Below are positions 24,142 through 32,456 of a stretch of 57,623 bases of DNA, piece after piece (position 1 is the first letter of the stretch; each line of letters starts with the position of its first letter). The DNA lies in IMG/VR virus record IMGVR_UViG_3300045988_078563; one strand, written 5' to 3'. The notes beneath the pieces are model-generated. The model had not been told where the DNA came from. It searched no databases and worked only from the letters and a program-made list of their open reading frames with translations. Position numbers and translations under genes: made by a program. The DNA comes from a virus.

Positions 24142-25737
24142 ATGAATATGATTAAAAGATTATTGAGACTTATTCAGGAAGCATTGAATAAGATGTTTGT
24201 CACTAAAGATATAAAAGCGGCATTAAGTATATCTATCGATACAATATCACAAGATATGCAGGACGCAATTGATTTATGGCGACAGATGTATAAAGACAAC
24301 TCGCCTTGGCTTGATGATGATGCTGGGATATACTCGTTAGGGCTTGCCAAGCAGATATGTAAGGAATTACAACAGCAAGTATTAAGCGAACTTGAAACAC
24401 ATATAAGTGAGCCTGGAGTTAGTGATGATGTAGCAGATGAAGATAAGCAGGCTGAGGAAGTAATAGATACAAGAGCTAAATACTTGAATGAAATATATAC
24501 TAAGAGATTTTTAAAACAACTTCCACAGGCAATGGAAAAGGCTTTAGCATTAGGTGGTATGATTATTAAGCCATATTTTAGCAATAACGCTGTATATTAT
24601 GATTATTGTTATCAAGGTGAGTTTTATCCTATAGCTTTTGATGATGATGGAAATATCATAGATATAGCTTTCTATGATTCTTTCACGACTGCTGATTATG
24701 TGTATACCAAGATTGAAAGACAAGAGTTTATTGCATCTGAACATAAGATTATAGTAACCAACACAGCTTATAGAGCGAAGGTTGTTGATAAAGATGATGA
24801 TACAGTTGAGCAGGATTTAGGAAATGAGATTCCATTAACAGAGGTAGATAAGTGGGCTAATTTAGAACCATATGTGCCTATTGAGAATGTGGAGAAGCCT
24901 ATGTATGGATATTTCAAAGTCCCAACAGCTAATAACATTGACCTTAATAGTCCACTCGGAATATCCATATTCAGTCCAGCGACTAAGTTAATAAGAAAAG
25001 CAGACGAACAGTTCTCAAGATTGGATTGGGAATACGATGGAGGACAGCTTGCAATTGATATAGACCCTAATGCAGTACAATATTCAAAAGATTATTTTGG
25101 TACACAGATACAGATGGATAGATGCCAACAAAGATTATATAGAAAAATTGATTTAGGAAACGATAATACCTATAATGCGTGGGCTCCAGCTCTTAGAGAT
25201 GCTAATTATATCAATGGACTTAATGCTTACCTTTGTAAGATTGAGGATATTATAGGACTTGCAAGAGGTACATTATCACAGGTGGAAAGTGAAGCAAGAA
25301 CAGCTACAGAATTAAAGTTGTTAAAACAGAGAACATATATAACAGTATCAGCTATTCAGGAAGCTATGGAAAAGGCTATCAAGGATATTGTGTATGCGAC
25401 TAATGTATTAGTATCTTTGTATAATCTTGCTCCAGAAGGTGATTATGATACTATCATTGAGTGGCAGGATAGCATACTTACTGATACAGATACAGAGCTT
25501 GAACAACAGCTTAATCTCAAGCGTGAAGGCATTATAAGCAAGGCAGAGATAAGAGCTTGGTATAAGGGAGAACCATTAGAAAAGGCTAAAGAAGAAATAG
25601 CTAATATGGAAAAAGAAGCACAGCAACAGCAATTAAATGATATATTCTCAGGTATGCCTTCTACAACACTTGAGAACAATGGCATAGATGATGAGACAAG
25701 CAAGGAAAAACAGACTAAACAAGAAAAAGAGGAGTGA
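24142..25737 (+). CDS. Portal protein (SPP1 gp6-like)
   Basis: 531 aa, located right after the terminase, acidic C-terminus. Confidence 0.7.
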   Translation: MNMIKRLLRLIQEALNKMFVTKDIKAALSISIDTISQDMQDAIDLWRQMYKDNSPWLDDDAGIYSLGLAKQICKELQQQVLSELETHISEPGVSDDVADEDKQAEEVIDTRAKYLNEIYTKRFLKQLPQAMEKALALGGMIIKPYFSNNAVYYDYCYQGEFYPIAFDDDGNIIDIAFYDSFTTADYVYTKIERQEFIASEHKIIVTNTAYRAKVVDKDDDTVEQDLGNEIPLTEVDKWANLEPYVPIENVEKPMYGYFKVPTANNIDLNSPLGISIFSPATKLIRKADEQFSRLDWEYDGGQLAIDIDPNAVQYSKDYFGTQIQMDRCQQRLYRKIDLGNDNTYNAWAPALRDANYINGLNAYLCKIEDIIGLARGTLSQVESEARTATELKLLKQRTYITVSAIQEAMEKAIKDIVYATNVLVSLYNLAPEGDYDTIIEWQDSILTDTDTELEQQLNLKREGIISKAEIRAWYKGEPLEKAKEEIANMEKEAQQQQLNDIFSGMPSTTLENNGIDDETSKEKQTKQEKEE

Positions 25738-25741
25738 TTAA

Positions 25742-26908
25742 ATGCTTTCTGATTCTAAATTAACAGATTATTCCTACATTGTAGCGGCTAGATTTGAAGC
25801 CATTAACACGCATTATATAAAACTAATGGCTAAACAGATAAAGGAGATAGGACAGCTATCTCCTTCTAATATTTATCGATTACAGCAGATGACTAAAATG
25901 CAACAGAATATTGATACTATTAATTATTTACTGGCACAGGAAACAGGAAGAACACTTGAGGAACTATATCAAATCTATGATATGAGTGGAATGTCCTTAT
26001 ATGGAGATACTTATAAGTTATATACTGCGAGAGGAATAGCACAAGTGCCATTTGAACAGAATACAACAATACAACAGTATTTAGAAAGTATGAAACAGCT
26101 TACAGCTAATACATTTGTTAATCTATCGAATACAACAGCCTTATATGAACCTTATAAACATTTAGTGGATACGGCTATAGATGCTATAGTAAGTGGAACA
26201 GGTTCCTATGACGAGCTTATAAGAACACAGCTTACAGACACATCTCTTTCCCCACTTGTAAGAAATGCTGATGAAGGATTAAGAATCACATATGCAAGTG
26301 GACAGACAAGGAGATTAGATAGTGCTATTCGTATGAATGTATTAGATGGTGTTCGAGAAGTTAATAATGGTATTAGAGAGCAAGTTGGAAAAGAGTTTGG
26401 TGCAGATGGTGTAGAGGTTACTGTACATGCTTTATGTGCCACTGACCATATAGATATTCAAGGAAAGCAGTTTAGCAAGGAAGAGTTTGCTAAAGTTAAT
26501 GGTGCTTTAAGCAGGAAGATATCAACTTGTAATTGTAAACACGCAATATTTCCAATTATTCTGGGTATATCTAAACCAGCTTATACAGATGAAGAATTAG
26601 CTTCCTATAAAGCCAACAGTGAGCAGACAGTAACTATAGATGGAAAAGAAATGACTAAGTACCAAGCTACACAGGTTCAAAGAAAGGTTGAAACAGCAAT
26701 ACGAAAAGCAAAGGATAAAGCTATATTTGCAGAAAACTCTGGAGACACAGAATTAGCAAAGCAAGCTAAAGCAAGGGTGGAAACACTAAAAAAGCATTAT
26801 AATAATGTCTCAAGACAAGCTGGATTAACTCCTAAGATGGATAGAACCTATGTACAGGGTTATACAGGAAAGCAGGTAAAACCTAAGTCAATTAAATTGT
26901 CAATATAA
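25742..26908 (+). CDS. Head morphogenesis / minor capsid protein (Mu F / SPP1 gp7-like)
   Basis: RRLDSAIRMNVLDGVRE...ATDHIDIQGKQF block; position after the portal. Confidence 0.65.
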   Translation: MLSDSKLTDYSYIVAARFEAINTHYIKLMAKQIKEIGQLSPSNIYRLQQMTKMQQNIDTINYLLAQETGRTLEELYQIYDMSGMSLYGDTYKLYTARGIAQVPFEQNTTIQQYLESMKQLTANTFVNLSNTTALYEPYKHLVDTAIDAIVSGTGSYDELIRTQLTDTSLSPLVRNADEGLRITYASGQTRRLDSAIRMNVLDGVREVNNGIREQVGKEFGADGVEVTVHALCATDHIDIQGKQFSKEEFAKVNGALSRKISTCNCKHAIFPIILGISKPAYTDEELASYKANSEQTVTIDGKEMTKYQATQVQRKVETAIRKAKDKAIFAENSGDTELAKQAKARVETLKKHYNNVSRQAGLTPKMDRTYVQGYTGKQVKPKSIKLSI

Positions 26909-26910
26909 TA

Positions 26911-27098
26911 GTTATCAACAAAAATAAAAGTTATCAACATAGTTATCAACATATTAACATAGTTATTAACATAAAATTGTTGATAACTTTTATTTTAGTC
27001 TTTAATGTGCATAACTTTGTGTATAATATGTGTATATGTGTATAACTTTCTAAAAATTGTTAATAACTTTGTTGATAACTATTTACATTGTTGATAAC
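26911..27098. repeat. Array of GTTATCAAC (forward) / GTTGATAAC (reverse) 9-mers, with an 18-bp perfect inverted repeat (26921..26938 / 26979..26996)
   Basis: Forward copies at 26911, 26930, 26942 (variant 26962). Reverse copies at 26979, 27071, 27090 (variant 27059). Confidence 0.85.
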
Positions 27099-27110
27099 TT
27101 TGTGTATAAT
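27082..27110 (+). promoter_or_regulatory. Extended -10 promoter upstream of scaffold/capsid (TTTACA-N17-TGTGTATAAT). A second tgtgtataat lies at 27018..27027
   Basis: tttaca 27082-27087; tataat 27105-27110, preceded by tgtg. Confidence 0.6.
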
Positions 27111-27180
27111 ACAAAATGTAAATAATCCATATTCCAGAAAGTGGAATTAAAAAATATTTTAGATTAAAGGAGACAATGAT

Positions 27181-27816
27181 ATGAAGAACATTTATGAAAT
27201 CTTGAAGTCCTTTGGACTTGCCGTACCAGAAGATAAGAAAGAAGAGTTTGACAAGATGCTCAACGAAAATTATAAAACGCAGGCAGAAGTCAATAATCTT
27301 AATGGTAAGTTATCCAAGGCAGAAAGTGAGAGAGATGCTTTACAGGTTAAGTATGACAATGATATTAAACAGCGTGATACTGACCTTGCAGATTTAAAAC
27401 AGAAACTTGCTGATGCTGGCACTGATGCAGAAACATTAAAGAATCTTCAGACTGAATTTGATACTCTAAAGACTAATTATGCCAATGCTCAAGCTGATTA
27501 TCAGAAGGAACTTAATAAGCAGGCTTATGAGTTTGCCATTAAGGAAAAGACTAATGGCTTACAGTTCACAAGTAATTCTGCTAAGAAAGCATTTTTAAAT
27601 GATGCTTTAGCAAAAAATCTTACTATGGATAATGGCAATATATTAGGCTTTGACGATTTTGTAAGTGCTTATAAGGAGCAGGATGCAGGTGCTTTTGTAG
27701 TAGAAAATACTTCAGCAGACACTAAGCCTCCTATGTTCGGTTCTAAGTCTACTAAGAAGGATGAATCTACTTCTAATAGAGATGATGAACCTAAAGAAAG
27801 ACCATTAATATGGTAA
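27181..27816 (+). CDS. Scaffolding protein
   Basis: Coiled-coil acidic 211 aa immediately upstream of the capsid gene. Confidence 0.7.
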   Translation: MKNIYEILKSFGLAVPEDKKEEFDKMLNENYKTQAEVNNLNGKLSKAESERDALQVKYDNDIKQRDTDLADLKQKLADAGTDAETLKNLQTEFDTLKTNYANAQADYQKELNKQAYEFAIKEKTNGLQFTSNSAKKAFLNDALAKNLTMDNGNILGFDDFVSAYKEQDAGAFVVENTSADTKPPMFGSKSTKKDESTSNRDDEPKERPLIW

Positions 27817-27836
27817 TTTAGAAAGGAGATTATAAA

Positions 27837-28955
27837 ATGCCAAGAATGACATCAATTGAAGTATTACTTGACCCAAAGGGTAAGATGCTTTTATCCGAAG
27901 CATACGATGGAGTTATTGAGAATGTGCAGAAAGCTACAATCTCAGGACAGTTAAAGAACACAGATTTATCTGGAGACCCAACAGCCGGAACAGTAGAAGC
28001 GAAGAGATTCGTTAATGCTAAGTCTAACGCCTATGGTACAGCTAGAGGAAAGGGAAAAGGTGAGCTTGTAAAAGGTAAGCCAGTAACAATTCCTATTGAT
28101 ACAGACCGAGAGTTTATTGAAGAAGTAGAGCAGAAGGATGTATCTCTTTTAGGTGTTGATGGACTTATTGCAAGAAGAAGTGCTAACCACGCAATGCAGA
28201 TGACTAATGAGCTTGATAGAGCTTTCTTTGCAGAGTGTGTTGCTAGTGGTACACAGTTTACACCATCTACAGAAGCAACAGCAATCCAGGATATTATTGA
28301 GGAAGCTATCGTAACACTTGAAACCCTCAGAAATGATTATATTGATGGTATCCCAAGAAATATGTTATCTGTAGAAGTTACACCAGCAGTATATAGCAAG
28401 ATGAGAAAGTACCTTGATGAGGTTGTTCATAATGCTAATGTTGATACAGCGGCTGAAACATTTGACAGATTTCACGGGGTTAGATTTATTTCAACAATCA
28501 ATATGCCAGCAGGTTGTGACTTCATCGTTCAGGTTGATGGCTCTGTAGCACAGCCAGTAAGAAGTAAGGCATATTCAGCTGAGAAGATTCCAATGTCTGA
28601 AGCTTATGCTATTGAGTTATTCTTCTACTATGGCACTAAGGCAGTCACACCAGAAACAATTCTCTTCTACTCTGCTACAGGTACAATGACTGTTATTTCT
28701 AAGGCTGGCACAGAGGAAGGTAAGACAGCTCTTACAGTTTCTCCAGCTAAGACAGGAACTAACACATACTCTTATAAGACAGCAGAATCAGTTGATGTTC
28801 CTAAGTTAGGAGCAACAGTAGAAGGATATACAGCTTGGAAGGGTACAGATGAAATCACAGCCACAACAAACAATGATATTGTTGTAGTTGAGCTTACAGC
28901 AACAGATTCTAAGGTTGTAAGAGCTGGTAAGACTAAAGTAACAGCTAATGACTAA
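27837..28955 (+). CDS. Major capsid protein (with a C-terminal Ig-like extension)
   Basis: 372 aa after the scaffold. The C-terminal roughly 90 aa are Thr/Val-rich and beta-like. Confidence 0.7.
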   Translation: MPRMTSIEVLLDPKGKMLLSEAYDGVIENVQKATISGQLKNTDLSGDPTAGTVEAKRFVNAKSNAYGTARGKGKGELVKGKPVTIPIDTDREFIEEVEQKDVSLLGVDGLIARRSANHAMQMTNELDRAFFAECVASGTQFTPSTEATAIQDIIEEAIVTLETLRNDYIDGIPRNMLSVEVTPAVYSKMRKYLDEVVHNANVDTAAETFDRFHGVRFISTINMPAGCDFIVQVDGSVAQPVRSKAYSAEKIPMSEAYAIELFFYYGTKAVTPETILFYSATGTMTVISKAGTEEGKTALTVSPAKTGTNTYSYKTAESVDVPKLGATVEGYTAWKGTDEITATTNNDIVVVELTATDSKVVRAGKTKVTAND

Positions 28956-28970
28956 TCAAGGAGGTAGCAT

Positions 28971-29162
28971 ATGAGATTACAGCTAGTTAGTGGTGTAATC
29001 TTAAATACCGACAATGAATCTTTAATTCAACAGTATCTGAAATATGGTGCTGTTGAATATAAAGAGTCAGTGGAGGCTATTATTGAAGAAGCACCTAAAA
29101 CAGAAGATGTTGTTGAAGAAGCACCTAAAACAACAAGAACAAGAAAGAAAGCGGTTAAGTAG
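28971..29162 (+). CDS. Hypothetical small head-module protein with an EEAPKT duplication
   Basis: 20-bp direct repeat 29083..29102 / 29113..29132. Confidence 0.5.
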   Translation: MRLQLVSGVILNTDNESLIQQYLKYGAVEYKESVEAIIEEAPKTEDVVEEAPKTTRTRKKAVK

Positions 29163-29169
29163 TTAGGAG

Positions 29170-29565
29170 GTGGGTTCTCTGTATCTTTCTTATAGTGAAT
29201 ATAAAGAGCTGGGTGGTACAATGGACGAAGCCACTTTCAATAAAAATGAGTTCGAGATTGAAAGTAAGATTGACTATTTAACTAATGGTAGAATTAAGAA
29301 TCTATCCCAAGTACCACAAGCGGTCAAGATGTTATGTTTCAGACTTGGAACGAGCTTTTGGGAAAAGGTAGATATAGACGCACCTAATAACTTATCCAGT
29401 TATTCTAATGGGATTGAGAGTTTTGGCTATGCCAACACGACTACATCACAATCATCTAGTACATCTGTTATAGATAAACAAGTTAGTAACCTTGTAGCTG
29501 AGTATCTATGGGAATATCCCGAGTTATTATACAGAGGGAGGAAACAATGGAAGCGAAAGTTATAA
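29170..29565 (+). CDS. Head-tail connector (gp6-like) candidate
   Basis: Position and the LSYSEYKELGG N-terminus. The start codon is uncertain because GTG 29170 abuts the RBS. Confidence 0.45.
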   Translation: MGSLYLSYSEYKELGGTMDEATFNKNEFEIESKIDYLTNGRIKNLSQVPQAVKMLCFRLGTSFWEKVDIDAPNNLSSYSNGIESFGYANTTTSQSSSTSVIDKQVSNLVAEYLWEYPELLYRGRKQWKRKL

Positions 29566-29957
29566 CGATTGCAAACAGGCTTAATCGAACAGATAGTGTG
29601 ACTGGATTAGATGTATGGTATAAGACAGAATTACATAATATAACATACTCTAAAGAGCGTGTAACAGATGTAAATGGAACACAAGTGAGTGTGGGAGAAG
29701 TATTTACAATCTTGATACCATTTGATAAGTACTATAAGCCATATATTGAATGGAAGAAGTTAGCTGATAAAGACGGCTTCTATACATTATCACAAGGCGA
29801 TTATATTTTCCTGACACAAGTTGAAGAAGATATACAACCTAATAATGTAATGACATTGAAGAATAGTTATAAGCCGTTAGTATGTGAAGTGCGAAGCATT
29901 ATAGAAGTCGCTCAACATTATGGAGCTACTATAAGATTGAAAGTGAGTGGTGTATAA
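29547..29957 (+). CDS. Head-tail joining / head closure protein candidate
   Basis: GGGAGG before ATG 29547; synteny. Confidence 0.45.
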   Translation: MEAKVITIANRLNRTDSVTGLDVWYKTELHNITYSKERVTDVNGTQVSVGEVFTILIPFDKYYKPYIEWKKLADKDGFYTLSQGDYIFLTQVEEDIQPNNVMTLKNSYKPLVCEVRSIIEVAQHYGATIRLKVSGV

Positions 29958-30391
29958 TGAGTACAACTAAGGTCACAACGATTATCACTGACCCAAAAGG
30001 TACTATTAACAGGATTTTAGATGATGAAGTTGGTAAATTTGTAGCTAGTGAATGGGCTAGATACTTCGCTAAATATGTTCCTATGAGAGAAGGAACTTTA
30101 GCACAAAACATCACTATTGAACCTTACCAAGTCACCTATAATTCACCCTATGCACATTATCAATGGGAAGGTAAGTTATATGTTGACCCTATCACAGGAA
30201 ATGGAGCATTTTATGACCCTGATTATGGTTTCTGGAGTCGTCCTGGAGTAACTAAGATTCCAACAGACACACCCTTAAATTATAGTAAAGAACAAAATCC
30301 ACTGGCTACAAGCCATTGGGAAGTTCCTGCTTACACAGCATTTAGAGAGACTGTTGCTAAAGCTGTGACAAATTACTTAAAAAGGAAGTAG
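29957..30391 (+). CDS. HK97 gp10-like tail-completion / neck protein candidate
   Basis: KYVPMREGTLAQNI motif; synteny. Confidence 0.45.
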   Translation: MSTTKVTTIITDPKGTINRILDDEVGKFVASEWARYFAKYVPMREGTLAQNITIEPYQVTYNSPYAHYQWEGKLYVDPITGNGAFYDPDYGFWSRPGVTKIPTDTPLNYSKEQNPLATSHWEVPAYTAFRETVAKAVTNYLKRK

Positions 30392-30397
30392 CAATAT

Positions 30398-30835
30398 ATG
30401 AACTTATATAATAATATAAATGACTGGTTAAGAAATAACTATATACCTCTCGGTAATAACTGGTTATACTTTAATGCTACACCTACGATTGTAGGAACAA
30501 CAGCTATGAACAGTGTAGCAGGTAATAGAGTAACTAGGAGGTTCATTGACGGAACTAAACAACACGAATTATTGTTTGGAATTGATATGATTACTCAATA
30601 TGATAATCAAGGCACAAGTGATATTAATATGCAAGCTATGGATGAGGTTAATAAGTTCGCTGAATGGCTTGATACATTAAGTGTTGACAATTATCCAGAT
30701 TTTGGTACTAATAATACTATTCTTAAAATAGAAGTATTAACTAATGTACCTAATCTATTAGTGGACTCTACTCAACAGCTTGCTAAATATCAATTTCAAA
30801 CAAGAATAACATATAATGAAGAAAGGAGTATATAA
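30398..30835 (+). CDS. Tail terminator candidate
   Basis: Synteny only. Confidence 0.35.
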   Translation: MNLYNNINDWLRNNYIPLGNNWLYFNATPTIVGTTAMNSVAGNRVTRRFIDGTKQHELLFGIDMITQYDNQGTSDINMQAMDEVNKFAEWLDTLSVDNYPDFGTNNTILKIEVLTNVPNLLVDSTQQLAKYQFQTRITYNEERSI

Positions 30836-30837
30836 TA

Positions 30838-31323
30838 ATGAAATTAGAAAGAGAAGCTCTTATGCACTTTTTAGATGCGTCTTTTGACATATCTCAAGAA
30901 ACACCTAGCTGGTACATCATAGGAAAAGACATTGAGGATATGAGCGTGGAGCTTAATCCTGATACAGAGACAACTAAGAACATCTTAGGTGAAACAACTG
31001 TTAAAGATAATGGATATGAACCAAGTATGTCAGCTGACCCTTATTATGCTAATCCAGACGATAGCATATATGAGAAGCTAAGAGATATTGCTATGAACAG
31101 ACTAAAGGGTGATAAGTGTAAGACAAGATTACTTGAGGTAATCATAGAAGATACAGCAGATTCTACGCATAAAGCTTGGATGGAAGAGGTTATTGTTAAA
31201 CCTCAGTCATATGGTGGTGATACATCAGGTGTATCTATTCCGTTCGATGTTTTATTTGATGGTAATAGAAAAGAAGGTACAGTTACTATAACAGCAGGTG
31301 TACCAACATTTACACCCAGCTAA
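30838..31323 (+). CDS. Major tail (tube) protein
   Basis: 161 aa directly before two terminator hairpins and the chaperone genes. Confidence 0.6.
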   Translation: MKLEREALMHFLDASFDISQETPSWYIIGKDIEDMSVELNPDTETTKNILGETTVKDNGYEPSMSADPYYANPDDSIYEKLRDIAMNRLKGDKCKTRLLEVIIEDTADSTHKAWMEEVIVKPQSYGGDTSGVSIPFDVLFDGNRKEGTVTITAGVPTFTPS

Positions 31324-31324
31324 T

Positions 31325-31354
31325 GCTAGTGTAAATCAAAACACTAGCTCTTTT
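31325..31354 (+). terminator. Hairpin terminator 1 after the tail tube gene
   Basis: gctagtgt/acactagc 8-bp stem, then tctttt. Confidence 0.5.
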
Positions 31355-31396
31355 GATGACACATCTGAACTTAGTGAATTAATTAATGACTAATCA

Positions 31397-31437
31397 TAAG
31401 GATAAGGGTATTAAATTATCCTTATCCTTAATTTTTT
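31397..31437 (+). terminator. Rho-independent terminator 2 after the tail tube gene
   Basis: aaggataagg/ccttatcctt 10-bp stem, 12-nt loop, aatttttt. Confidence 0.75.
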
Positions 31438-31456
31438 ATTTAGGAGGATTTATATT

Positions 31457-31885
31457 ATGGCAAGTATTAAAATTGAAACAGGTTTAAAAACATATGATAT
31501 TGAAGATGAACACGGCAACATAAGAGGTCAAATTACTCTTAACCCTAAGGATATAGGCTTTTTCAGTAGAGCACAAAAAATGAAAGAAACTATCTTACAT
31601 TATATGGATGAGTTAAACATAGATGATACAAATAAAACCGAACAACAGATAACAGATATAATTGAATCTACAGATTATTTAATTAAAGATGAAATTGATA
31701 AATTATTTGGTGAAGGCACGAGCCTTATAATATTCGGACATCAAAGTTCTTTGTCTACTATTAATGGAGTTACTTTTGTTGAGCGTTTTTTATCCGCTTT
31801 TATGCCGATTATCAAACAGGAATTTCAGCAGGAAATGGATAATAGTGCAGGTAGAATTAACAAATATGTAAATCAGGTAAAATAA
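31457..31885 (+). CDS. Tail assembly chaperone candidate
   Basis: Position upstream of the tape measure. Confidence 0.45.
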   Translation: MASIKIETGLKTYDIEDEHGNIRGQITLNPKDIGFFSRAQKMKETILHYMDELNIDDTNKTEQQITDIIESTDYLIKDEIDKLFGEGTSLIIFGHQSSLSTINGVTFVERFLSAFMPIIKQEFQQEMDNSAGRINKYVNQVK

Positions 31886-31886
31886 T

Positions 31887-32438
31887 ATGATAGGACGATT
31901 ACCCACAAGCTTAACAGTAGCTGGAAAAGTATATGATATCCGAACTGATTATCGAGATTGTCTTACTGTTATAACAGCCTTTAATGACCCAGAATTATCA
32001 GACTGGGAAAAATTAATTATAACAGTTAAGATTATCTATATAAATCCCCCAGAAAACATTCAGGAAGCATATGATAAAGCCATATGGTTCCTGGATTGTG
32101 GGAAAGAAATTGTGCAAGATAATAAATTCAAACCTCAGTTGTACGATTGGGAACAGGATGAACAAATGATGTTCTCTGCTATCAATAAGGTAGCAGGTAA
32201 AGAAGTTAGAGCTGAAAAATATATGCACTGGTGGACATTTATGGGTTTATTTAATGAGATAGGAGAAGGAATGTTCGCTAGTGTTGTTAGTATAAGAAAC
32301 AAGAAAGCTAAACATAAAAAGTTAGAAAAATACGAACAGGAAATGTATAAAGAATATAAAGATATTATTGATTTACATACAACTAAAAAACAAAGAAGTG
32401 AGGAAGAGAAAGCCGCAATAGAAAAACTGCTTTCTTAA
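31887..32438 (+). CDS. Phage Gp15-like tail assembly protein
   Basis: RLPTSLTVAGKVYDIRTDYRDCL N-terminus typical of the Gp15 family; position. Confidence 0.5.
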   Translation: MIGRLPTSLTVAGKVYDIRTDYRDCLTVITAFNDPELSDWEKLIITVKIIYINPPENIQEAYDKAIWFLDCGKEIVQDNKFKPQLYDWEQDEQMMFSAINKVAGKEVRAEKYMHWWTFMGLFNEIGEGMFASVVSIRNKKAKHKKLEKYEQEMYKEYKDIIDLHTTKKQRSEEEKAAIEKLLS

Positions 32439-32456
32439 ATATAGAAAGGAGGTAAA

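Noticed and set aside
31309-31392. +1 frameshift C-terminal extension of the major tail protein (as in SPP1 gp17.1*)
   Set aside because: The alternative frame adds only about 24 codons (ANASVNQNTSSFDDTSELSELIND) and runs straight through the first terminator hairpin. There is no Ig/FN3-sized domain.
31457-32438. Canonical -1 programmed frameshift (G/GT) between the two tail chaperone genes
   Set aside because: The second ORF has its own ATG (31887) one nt after the first stop, with no overlap. No X_XXY_YYZ slippery heptamer was seen near 31860..31885.
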